Of a stretch of DNA of 64,000 nt, positions 57,301-64,000 are shown one piece after another. The notes below the pieces were generated by a model that worked only from the letters and a program-made list of their open reading frames with translations, searched no databases and was not told where the DNA came from. Within the stretch, counting starts at the first letter, position 1. The number at the start of each line of letters is the position of its first letter. The DNA is from Bacillota bacterium (GTDB lineage Bacteria > Bacillota > Clostridia > Christensenellales > SZUA-584): NCBI GenBank assembly GCA_023412005.1, contig JAEYOE010000033.1, positions 23,344-87,343 of the forward strand, given 5' to 3'. Position numbers and translations under genes: made by a program.

Positions 57301-57460
57301 CTGACGGAAGACTCAGAAAATCTTTAAGCTTATTGTATTCATAATCATCGTAATTCTCTCCGCCTTCGTCATAAGCGAAAGCGGTTGAGGGCAGCAGACT
57401 GATTACAAGCATCAAGCAAAGCATCATGCTTATCAGTTTTAATTTTGGATTTCTACTCAT
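54338..57460 (-). CDS. Secreted leucine-rich-repeat protein (Cys-ladder LRRs) with Listeria-Bacteroides repeat, SprB-like repeat and four Big_2 domains
   Basis: Signal peptide (LCLMLVISLLPSTAFA). About 20 repeats of ~21-22 aa, L..L.C..N.L..LD[VL]S.N. A Flg_new-type segment (VSFDTDGGS…GYTFGGWY…TLYAKW). CTKADATLYGAANGNITITASGGNSGAYLYSIDGG. Four Big_2-like repeats (…TWKSSNPKVAAVSS.G.VTG…). No C-terminal LPXTG motif or TM helix. Confidence 0.88.
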   Translation of the reverse strand: MSRNPKLKLISMMLCLMLVISLLPSTAFAYDEGGENYDDYEYNKLKDFLSLPSASPGYTNGQALTSMYDKDSPSSWPGITWESYLEGSENVLHVKEISWTSVSLDGDLDLSDFVYLESFIANYNHIDSLKVDNDKALETLNCSGTHLVDFNGNVKNVGITSLDLSTNTALQSLNCSENALTALDVSDNINLMWLKCNNNQIPVLELSSLNALEELECDYNLIAALDTSAAGASLKKLCCGNNEISSLTLTGNTGLEKLYCNNNKLTGTLDLENRASLDILDCGFNELTALVTNGCTNLRILSCIDNQISSLDIANCTVLDKLFCSGNSLSALDVNANTKLTELTCEDNKLKSLPVSANTKLRKLYCDNNEISSLDVSANRDLLQLGCSDNNLSELSINANINLNCLDCSKNKITGLDVSINTALAELYCEDNLITTLDVDNNTSLRDLECSGNRLGTLDVTKNTLLQVLECSNTGLSALDVTKNVSLSGLNCSRNQLSSLDLTHNAQLSTLDVSSNRLSSLDLSRFILVIIDCTDNPLTDLKAAIPYDLDKTSAMELRANGEGYVGLYFIWSDESEENMYVEAVPKTGETFLNWTDAANVTVSTSAKYAYKYNTAYILTANFPYVVSFDTDGGSTVAKQSVPPGGRVSKPADPVKTGYTFGGWYKQRELTSAWNFGDDTVTANTTLYAKWMKLTDTHTLIPVSISCTKADATLYGAANGNITITASGGNSGAYLYSIDGGASWGSANSFSVAAGTYTAAACDAANKGNGQMQTVMVGQPPSRGNVPATKVPSKTNAGTAVTLIPPAAPKGYTVQSVTYTSSNPAIASVDSNGNVTFLAGGKVTIITKVVSQTVDKKGRVKTKTTTIKKTITVQQPVSWISLNLADTTIARTQKVKLTASIAPGTASNKKLTWKSSNPKVAAVSSAGVVTGKTGGAAVITCTAKDGSGVSVSCTVTVTPIYPAGLKMSKAALTLKTGKTAALKATIAPKNTDYKTVTWASSNPAVATVDAKGKVKAIATGTATIAATTSNGITAVCTVTVQ

Positions 57461-57805
57461 TTTATTCTTCCTTTTCTATTATAAATGGTTGCATATGAAT
57501 TGAGTTGAAGAAAGTAATCGCAACTAAATTGTTGCAATTAATGTACCATTTTGTTTTATTATTGTCAATAATGGATGTTTGTGTCGTATTGAGGATTGAA
57601 TTGTAATTACATCAACAAGGATAAGGAATATGGTAAAAGGCAAAGAATCGTCTGACGTTGATAGCTGCTATTTAGGCTTCTTCTCGAGGAGAAGGCTTTC
57701 ATAAGTCATCCTAATTTTATCTTATATAAAGTATAGTCTATCGCGAAAGCCTTTTCATAGCTGAAGCTTTTGGAACCCGGCATTACCAAAGGGTATTCTT
57801 TAGAC

Positions 57806-57835
57806 AAAAAAAGCCCTGCGAAGCCGCAAAGCTTT
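57806..57835 (-). terminator. Intrinsic terminator after nrdDG
   Basis: Minus strand reads GCTTTGCG-gctt-CGCAGGGC followed by TTTTTTT. Confidence 0.7.
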
Positions 57836-57912
57836 TCGTTGTCAGAATGCTTATTCTTTGAAGAGAAGCTCGGTATAAACATGCAGCCCGGGCTGGCAAC
57901 GTCTCAATGATA

Positions 57913-58401
57913 TCAGTCGCCTGTTTGCGGCGCGCCGTTTTTCAAGTTGATAATGCGCTGGTTTCGGCTGCCCCGAAACGTCAGCGACAAATCCTTCTGC
58001 GCCAGAATAAACGGTCCATCTATCAGCGTATCGGTTTGCGCCAGCAATGCGTTAATGCCTTGCTGCTGCATTTGCTGCAGCTCCTCATACCGGTACCCCG
58101 TGTAAACCGTGACATCAAGCCCTTTGCCGTGCACACGCCTTGCCAGTTCAGCCAGCGGCTCCGGCTGGCAAAAAGGCTCTCCGCCGCTGAAGGTGACTCC
58201 CTTCAGCAGAGGGTTTTCGCAGATTTGCGCATACAGCTCATCAATGCTGAGCAGCCTTCCGCCGTCGAATGGATGCGACTCAGGATTATGGCAGCCGGGG
58301 CAATGATGCGGACAGCCCTGCACGAATATAACGTACCGAATGCCCTCACCATCCACAATAGATTCTTGCTCTAGGCCGTAAACCTTCAGCTCAGAGGCCA
58401 T
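57913..58401 (-). CDS. nrdG: Anaerobic ribonucleoside-triphosphate reductase activating protein (radical SAM)
   Basis: Internal Met gives MASELKVYGLEQESIVDGEGIRYVIFVQGCPHHCPGCHNPES, which carries the CxxxCxxC cluster. The ATG at 58399-58401 overlaps the nrdD stop by 11 nt. Confidence 0.9.
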   Translation of the reverse strand: MASELKVYGLEQESIVDGEGIRYVIFVQGCPHHCPGCHNPESHPFDGGRLLSIDELYAQICENPLLKGVTFSGGEPFCQPEPLAELARRVHGKGLDVTVYTGYRYEELQQMQQQGINALLAQTDTLIDGPFILAQKDLSLTFRGSRNQRIINLKNGAPQTGD

Positions 58402-60706
58402 GCTTAATTCTCTCTCCCTCTTCGGAGCGTTTGGCATTGTTCCATCTGTCGATGGTTCCCACGAGGTATCCCGTGATTCGGCGGATACGCTCAAACTTCG
58501 GCGCGCCATCGGCTTCACCCCGTCCGCAGCCCGGGCAAACATTGTCTATAATGCCGTTATAGCCGCACACAGGGTCGCGGTCTACCGGGTGGTTCACCGA
58601 GCCATAACCGATGCCGCTTTCCTTCATAAAACGGATGATCGCTTCAAACGCCTGCAGATTACGTGACGTGTCGCCGTCAAGCTCAACGTAGCTGATATGC
58701 CCCGCGTTGGCCAGCGCATGATACGGGGCTTCCAGCGTTATTTTCCGATGCGCTTTGATCGGAAAATAAACAGGCACATGAAACGAATTCGTATAGTAAT
58801 CGCGGTCTGTCACGCCCTCAATCACACCGTATTTCTTTTTGTCCATATTCACAAAGCGCCCCGACAAGCCTTCTGCGGGCGTTGCGAGCAGCGTAAAGTT
58901 AAGCCCTGTACGCTGGCTTTCCTCATCCATACGCTGGCGCATGCGGCTGATAATTTGAAGGCCGATTCGCTGGCTTTCTTCGCTTTCACCGTGGTGCTGA
59001 CCCACCAGCACCTTCAGGCATTCCGCAAGCCCGATGAAGCCGACACTCAGTGTACCATGCATTAAAACGTCCGCTATACTGTCCTCAGGCCCCAGCTTTT
59101 CACTATCAATCCACACGCCTTGCCCCATTAAAAATGGATAATTGTATACCTTCTTGGTGCACTGAATTTTAAAACGGTGTACCAACTGGCGAATGGTCAG
59201 TTCCATCCTCTCGTCCAATATCTTGTAAAACCGGTCAATATTGCGGTTTGCCTCAATGCCTATACGCGGCAGATTGATCGATGTAAAGCTTAAGTTCCCC
59301 CGCCCGCAGGTGGTTTCCCTGTTATTATCATGCACATTTCCCATCACGCGCGTTCGGCAGCCCATATAAGCCACTTCGGTATCGTAGTCGCCCTCTTTGT
59401 AGTATTGCAGGTTAAACGGCGCGTCCAGAAAACTGAAATTCGGGAACAAACGCTTGGCGCTGACTTGCATGGCAAGCTGAAACAAGTCGTAGCCGGGGTC
59501 GTCCTGATTATAGTTAATACCTTCCTTCACCTTGAAAATTTGAACCGGAAAAATAGGCGTTTCTCCATCACCAAGCCCTGCTTGCGTGGCAAGCAGCAAG
59601 TTCTTAATCACCATGCGGCCCTCGGGGGACGTATCGGTTCCGTAATTGATAGAGCTGAACGGCACTTGCGCGCCCGCTCTGGAATTCATCGTGTTCAGAT
59701 TATGTATCAGGGCCTCCATCGCCTGGTACGTTCTCCGATCGGTATCGTCTATGGCACCCTGCCGTGCAAAACGATGAGCTTTGGCAGCCTCCTTAGCGCC
59801 CAAAGCAGCCGGAGACTTTGTTAAAATCTCAGCAATTCTGCTGCCATATGCATCGTCATTCCCCAGAGAAATTTCATTGATACCGTCACATGCCGTTTTC
59901 ACCAGAGAATCGACAACGTCTTTATCCATGCCGTGCGCTGCCTGCAGATACCGTGACAGCTCTTTGATATACGCTTTTCGGAACGTTTTTTTCACGCCCG
60001 GTGCCATGCTGTAGTCAAAATTAGGTATGCTCTGCCCGCCATGCATTTCATTCTGATTGGCCTGAATGGCAATACAAGCAAGAGAGGTATATGAACCGAT
60101 ATCATTGGGCTCACGCAGGTGTCCATGTCCGGTGCAAAAGCCGTTCTTAAACAGCTTAAGCAAATCGATCTGGCAGCAGGTTTCTGTCAGCATATAAAAA
60201 TCCTGATCATGGATATGAATATCGCCGTTAATATGCGCCGCAGCAATATCCTTGGGAAGAACATCGTTGTTGACGAAGTATTTAGAGCCTTCCGACCCAT
60301 ATTTCAGCATCGTCCCCATCGCCGTGTCCGCATCGATATTCGCATTCTCACGTTTCAAATCCACATCCTTGGCGGCACGGTATGTGAGCTGCTTGTATAT
60401 ATCCATCAGGTCGCTCTCCGCCTGACGTATTTTCGTATGCTCCGCACGATATAAAATATACGCTTTGGCAGTTTTCGCGTAATCCGCCCGAATCAGAGTC
60501 TCCTCCACCACGTCCTGAATCTCTTCCACCGTGGGGATAGCGTTGTTTTTAATAGCACTCGTTACAATACCCGTTAAATCATTCAGCGCCTTCTCATCCA
60601 TGATTTCGTCGTGAACAGCCCGGTTCGCTTTTTCGATTGCATGTTTGATTTTGATGGCGTCAAAGGATACGACTGCGCCATTTCTTTTTTTAATCTGAGT
60701 TGCCAT
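58391..60706 (-). CDS. nrdD: Anaerobic ribonucleoside-triphosphate reductase (class III RNR) with N-terminal ATP-cone
   Basis: ATP-cone (IKKRNGAVVSFDAIKIKHAIEKA). C-terminal Zn-ribbon CPGCG and the glycyl-radical motif RIRRITGYLV. Confidence 0.95.
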   Translation of the reverse strand: MATQIKKRNGAVVSFDAIKIKHAIEKANRAVHDEIMDEKALNDLTGIVTSAIKNNAIPTVEEIQDVVEETLIRADYAKTAKAYILYRAEHTKIRQAESDLMDIYKQLTYRAAKDVDLKRENANIDADTAMGTMLKYGSEGSKYFVNNDVLPKDIAAAHINGDIHIHDQDFYMLTETCCQIDLLKLFKNGFCTGHGHLREPNDIGSYTSLACIAIQANQNEMHGGQSIPNFDYSMAPGVKKTFRKAYIKELSRYLQAAHGMDKDVVDSLVKTACDGINEISLGNDDAYGSRIAEILTKSPAALGAKEAAKAHRFARQGAIDDTDRRTYQAMEALIHNLNTMNSRAGAQVPFSSINYGTDTSPEGRMVIKNLLLATQAGLGDGETPIFPVQIFKVKEGINYNQDDPGYDLFQLAMQVSAKRLFPNFSFLDAPFNLQYYKEGDYDTEVAYMGCRTRVMGNVHDNNRETTCGRGNLSFTSINLPRIGIEANRNIDRFYKILDERMELTIRQLVHRFKIQCTKKVYNYPFLMGQGVWIDSEKLGPEDSIADVLMHGTLSVGFIGLAECLKVLVGQHHGESEESQRIGLQIISRMRQRMDEESQRTGLNFTLLATPAEGLSGRFVNMDKKKYGVIEGVTDRDYYTNSFHVPVYFPIKAHRKITLEAPYHALANAGHISYVELDGDTSRNLQAFEAIIRFMKESGIGYGSVNHPVDRDPVCGYNGIIDNVCPGCGRGEADGAPKFERIRRITGYLVGTIDRWNNAKRSEEGERIKHGL

Positions 60707-60785
60707 ATTTCATCCTCTTAATAATTATTCGCATTTAAAGGGTGATGCTATTATATTTGTGATTGCGTATCATGTCAATACGATA

Positions 60786-60832
60786 CCACAATATTTTGTG
60801 TCCATTCTCATATTCGTATCTATATATGGTTT
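60786..60832 (-). promoter_or_regulatory. Putative tandem NrdR boxes upstream of nrdD
   Basis: Box 1 is CCACAATATTTTGTGT (60786-60801), a near-palindrome close to the ACACNATATATNGTGT-type consensus. Box 2 is TATCTATATATGGTTT (60817-60832), a weaker match (11/16 by my alignment). Centre-to-centre spacing is 31 bp. The boxes lie 80-126 nt upstream of the nrdD start. Confidence 0.55.
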
Positions 60833-61132
60833 ATTTGTGCAGGTTTGCTTGAAGTTAAATAATAAATATAAATTTGATGGATCATTAATTGAACTAATAC
60901 TCAACTATTGGTTTCTCGAAGAGAAGCTGTCGCCGACAGGCGATGTGATGCGATGTTTGTATTGTGTGCTTAATCACCAACTTATCATCTTTAAGAAGGT
61001 TGTCACAAGACACAGAGATTACAACTTAAATAAAGCATTTTTGTCGCGAACCCATTTTACCATAGAAAACGTGTTTTGCAACCCTCCCATGGCGACTTTA
61101 GGCGGCTCTTCCCCAGCCGTTGACATTGCTAC

Positions 61133-61161
61133 AAAAAAAGGCTCTGCGAAACCGCAGAACC
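61133..61161 (-). terminator. Intrinsic terminator after the GS-III gene
   Basis: Minus strand reads GGTTCTGCG-gttt-CGCAGAGCC followed by TTTTTTT, 17 nt past the stop. Confidence 0.75.
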
Positions 61162-61178
61162 TTTTGTGTTTATAAGTA

Positions 61179-63260
61179 TTACACTCTGAAGAGCAGATCG
61201 GTGTAAACCGGCACAGGCCACACATCCGCAGGGATGATCGGCTCGGTCACATCGATAACAGCACGAAGCGCTTCCATACCGCTCACCACGTTCTCACGGA
61301 ATTTGAGCGCTGTTTCAAGCGCATCTTTGCCTTCGGCCGATGCAACGGCGCTCTTCAGCGAGCTCAGCGCCGCATCCATCGCGTCTGCCAGCTCATTGAC
61401 CTTCACAAGACGCGTTTTTGCCGTTTTGCTTCCCGCTTTATCGGCGATCTCGGAAAGTTTAAGCGCGTAACCCAGCACAGCGGGCAGCAGCAAACGTTCG
61501 GTCATATCGATGAGCGTTAAAGCTTCCACGTTGATGGTCTTTGTGTAGTTGTCCAGAAGAATTTCATAGCGCGATTCAATTTCCTTCTCATTGAGTACGC
61601 CCATCTTTTCAAACACGAGCTTGTTCTTCTCAGCAAGGATCTCTTTGATAGCGAGCACGGTGTTTCCGATGTTTGGCAGACCGCGTTTCGCAGCTTCGAC
61701 GACCCATTCTTCCGAATAGTTGTTGCCGTTGAAGATGATACGCTGATGCTTTTTAAAGATGTCTCTGATCGCATCCATCGCGGCTGCCGGTACGTCGCTT
61801 GCTTTTTCCAGCTTGTCAGCGATTTCGCTGAGTGCCTGAGCCACGATGGTGTTGATCGTGAAGCAGGCTTCCGCAACGTTCTGAGACGAGCCGCACATAC
61901 GGAACTCGAACTTGTTGCCGGTGAAGGCAAACGGCGACGTCCGGTTACGGTCGGTTGCGTCTTCTGTAATCACAGGCAGCGAATTAATACCGAGATTGGT
62001 TTTCACACGGCCATTGTCAACATAGGTGTTGCCGCTGATAATCGATTCGATAATGCTGTTAAGCTCCTTGCCGACGAACATGGAGATGATAGCCGGAGGC
62101 GCTTCGTTGGCACCCAAACGGTGATCGTTTCCTGCGCTTGCAACGGAGAGGCGAAGGATTTCCGAGTATTCATCCACAGCCTTAATAACCGCAGCTAAGA
62201 AAATCAGGAACTGTTCGTTTTCAATCGGTTTCATACCGGGTTCCAGCAGGTTGATGCCGTCGTTGGTCGCCATAGACCAGTTGATGTGCTTGCCGCTGCC
62301 GTTAACGCCCGCGAACGGCTTTTCGTGCAACAGAGCCGTAAGGCCGTGCTTTTTGGCGATGCGCTTCATCATTTCCATCACCAGTAGGTTGTGGTCTGCC
62401 GCCATGCTGGCCGGGTCGAATATAATCGCCAGCTCGTGCTGAGCCGGAGCCACTTCATTGTGCTTGGTTTTGGCTGTGATGCCCAGCTTCCAAAGCTCGG
62501 TATCAAGATCGTGCATGAAATCGCATATCTTGTTGCGCAAACGGCCGAAATACTGATCTTCCAGCTCCTGGCCTTTGGGCGGCATGGCGCCAAACAGTGT
62601 GCGGCCGGTCAGCATCAGGTCGAGACGCTTGTTATAAAGCTCACGGTTGATGATGAAATATTCCTGCTCCGGGCCGACGGTGGAGACAACCTGACGGGAT
62701 GTGGTGTTACCCAACACCTTAAGAACGCGCAGGGCCTGTGTGCTCAGCGCCTCTACGCTTCTCAGCAACGGCGCTTTCTTGTCGAGAATCTCGCCGGTGT
62801 ACGAGAAGAATGCAGTCGGGATATACAGTGTGCCCTCTCTCACAAACGCATGAGACGTGCAGTCCCAAGCTGTGTAGCCTCTGGCTGCGGCGGTTTCGCG
62901 CAGGCCGCCCGACGGGAACGACGATGCGTCCGGCTCGCCTTTGATGAGCTCTTTGCCCGAGAATTCCATGATGACCTTGCCGTCTCCGCACGGAGAAATG
63001 AACGCGTCATGTTTTTCGGCTGTGATACCGGTCATCGGCTGGAACCAGTGTGTAAAATGTGTGGCCCCTTTCTCAAGAGCCCAAGCCTTCATCGCGGATG
63101 CAACTTCATCGGCGATCGAAGAATCGAGGGCAAAACCGGATTCAATGGTCTGTTTGAGGATTTTTACTGTGGCTTTTGATAACCGTGATTTCATCACGGA
63201 TTCATTGAAGACATATTCCCCAAATATTTCTTCTGGTGATAAAAACTTCTCGTTTGCCAT
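61179..63260 (-). CDS. glnN: Type III glutamine synthetase
   Basis: 693 aa. The N-terminus …EIFGEYVFNESVMKSRLSKATVKILKQTIE…, the …KHNEVAPAQHE… motif and the ~700-aa length are typical of GS-III as opposed to the ~445-aa GS-I. AGGAGG RBS. Confidence 0.9.
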   Translation of the reverse strand: MANEKFLSPEEIFGEYVFNESVMKSRLSKATVKILKQTIESGFALDSSIADEVASAMKAWALEKGATHFTHWFQPMTGITAEKHDAFISPCGDGKVIMEFSGKELIKGEPDASSFPSGGLRETAAARGYTAWDCTSHAFVREGTLYIPTAFFSYTGEILDKKAPLLRSVEALSTQALRVLKVLGNTTSRQVVSTVGPEQEYFIINRELYNKRLDLMLTGRTLFGAMPPKGQELEDQYFGRLRNKICDFMHDLDTELWKLGITAKTKHNEVAPAQHELAIIFDPASMAADHNLLVMEMMKRIAKKHGLTALLHEKPFAGVNGSGKHINWSMATNDGINLLEPGMKPIENEQFLIFLAAVIKAVDEYSEILRLSVASAGNDHRLGANEAPPAIISMFVGKELNSIIESIISGNTYVDNGRVKTNLGINSLPVITEDATDRNRTSPFAFTGNKFEFRMCGSSQNVAEACFTINTIVAQALSEIADKLEKASDVPAAAMDAIRDIFKKHQRIIFNGNNYSEEWVVEAAKRGLPNIGNTVLAIKEILAEKNKLVFEKMGVLNEKEIESRYEILLDNYTKTINVEALTLIDMTERLLLPAVLGYALKLSEIADKAGSKTAKTRLVKVNELADAMDAALSSLKSAVASAEGKDALETALKFRENVVSGMEALRAVIDVTEPIIPADVWPVPVYTDLLFRV

Positions 63261-63274
63261 GACTTATACCTCCT

Positions 63275-63311
63275 AAAATAAAAGACGCTTCACGAAATAA
63301 ATCGTGAAACG
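63275..63311 (-). terminator. Terminator-like hairpin inside the glnN 5' leader (possible attenuator)
   Basis: Minus strand reads CGTTTCACG-atttattt-CGTGAAGCG (9 bp including one G-U pair) followed by TCTTTTATTTT. It ends just upstream of the AGGAGG RBS. Confidence 0.45.
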
Positions 63312-63337
63312 CCCTTGTTACACTTATTATATATTAT

Positions 63338-63365
63338 ATTTTAATCGGAAATTCGTGATTGTCAA
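63338..63365 (-). promoter_or_regulatory. Candidate sigma-A promoter for glnN
   Basis: Minus strand TTGACA (63360-63365), 16-nt spacer, TAAAAT (63338-63343). Confidence 0.5.
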
Positions 63366-63568
63366 CATCAATATAAAGTTTTTATAGCAAAAATTACACT
63401 CTGGCACAATTTTCCGTCCATCTTTTTGTGCTCTGCTAAAAAAATGCGCCGTGACAATCCGATTTTATGAAAAAAAGCACGCCTGTGCAGGACTTTCAGA
63501 GTCTTGATAACCCTTTTCAGTCATCGCTTTGTATGCGAAGCGACTGCGATGATGCTACCCAGACGGCA

Positions 63569-63943
63569 TCACGGCTGTTTCTTCTGAAAAAACTGCACAT
63601 TAAGACCATTTGGGTCTTTGATGCAGAAAAACCGAAAGGCCGGTGTTTCGAATGGCCCGCTGTGTACGGCGATGCCTTTGTCTTTCACAAGGGTAAGCAT
63701 ATCGTCTACAGACTCTACGGCAAACCCAAGTGAGATGCTCTCGCCAAAGCTAACATCACCGATTTTGCTGTCTGCCATAAGCTCCACAAGCGTTTCGCCC
63801 TCGTGACCGTTGCCTAAGAAAGCAATTTCCATGCCGAGCCCAGCAGGAAAACGATTCAGCGTTTTGAGCTTAAGCAAACCGGTGTAAAAAGCAATTGATT
63901 CCTCCAGATTCCTGACATAGATTGTCGTCCATAAAAACTTCAT
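63569..63943 (-). CDS. VOC (glyoxalase/bleomycin-resistance/dioxygenase) family protein
   Basis: MKFLWTTIYVRNLEESIAFYTGLLKL… is a typical VOC beta-alpha-beta-beta-beta start. 124 aa. AAGGAGGA RBS. Confidence 0.85.
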   Translation of the reverse strand: MKFLWTTIYVRNLEESIAFYTGLLKLKTLNRFPAGLGMEIAFLGNGHEGETLVELMADSKIGDVSFGESISLGFAVESVDDMLTLVKDKGIAVHSGPFETPAFRFFCIKDPNGLNVQFFQKKQP

Positions 63944-64000
63944 TTCATTATCCTCCTTACAGTTAATTTAAATTGAATTCTGGTATTATGTTAATACACG

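Noticed and set aside
57806-61161. The nrdDG and glnN terminators share a CTGCGAA-N-CCGCA core, and GAAGAGAAGCT-like strings recur at about 57858 and 60917.
   Set aside because: These matches are short. They could reflect a common repeat family but are equally consistent with chance among GC-rich terminator stems. This cannot be evaluated without genome-wide counts.
60759-61225. ORFs 60759..61175(+) (138 aa) and 61019..61225(-) (68 aa) between nrdD and glnN.
   Set aside because: The region is AT-rich. The plus-strand ORF spans the nrdD promoter/NrdR-box region and runs through the glnN terminator. Neither has an RBS or a recognisable family.

Overview
This 64-kb window looks like chromosomal DNA from a Gram-positive anaerobe of the Firmicutes/Clostridia type. 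The supporting clues are a T-box leader, a dockerin-bearing enzyme, Cys lipoboxes, nrdDG, and GGAGG-type ribosome-binding sites. I saw no transposase, integrase, CRISPR array or rRNA.

Gene content, left to right:
- A small GlsB/YeaQ-family membrane protein.
- A three-gene xanthine-dehydrogenase-family molybdoenzyme (large, FAD and 2Fe-2S subunits), followed by a creatininase-family gene.
- A quinone/flavin electron-transfer locus that matches the Listeria-type flavin-based extracellular electron transfer (FLEET) gene set. On the minus strand are a polyprenyl synthase, an NDH-2 with a C-terminal membrane domain, and a UbiA/MenA-type prenyltransferase. Divergent from these are a lipoprotein with two FMN_bind-like repeats and an ApbE flavin transferase.
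- A CUT2-type monosaccharide ABC transporter, with a divergent DeoR regulator and an extra orphan ABC ATPase.
- Two small genes of unknown function.
- One 15.4-kb gene (24% of the window) encoding a 5,122-aa surface protein. It has a signal peptide, about 40 tandem ~100-aa cadherin-like/'tandem-95' units, a C-terminal transmembrane (TM) anchor and a 94-aa cytoplasmic tail.
- A Trp T-box-controlled trpEGDCFBA operon extended by a DAHP synthase and a GNAT acetyltransferase.
- A dockerin-bearing NlpC/P60 hydrolase.
- A TPL/tryptophanase-family lyase whose specificity residues look tyrosine-phenol-lyase-like.
- tRNA-Ser(GCU).
- An AT-richer accessory-looking stretch: a nucleotidyltransferase, an unknown exported protein, an OmpR/histidine-kinase pair, and a 1,040-aa Cys-ladder leucine-rich-repeat (LRR) protein.
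- nrdDG with putative NrdR boxes, a type III glutamine synthetase, and a VOC/glyoxalase gene.

Most interesting observations:
- The giant protein's architecture, including a 4-unit super-repeat.
- The FLEET-like locus, which lacks eetA/eetB, has non-canonical flavinylation motifs in the lipoprotein, and carries an SGAT motif in an outward-facing loop of the NDH-2 extension.

All calls come from reading the translations and the sequence by eye. No database search was run. Unit counts and motif coordinates were indexed by hand.
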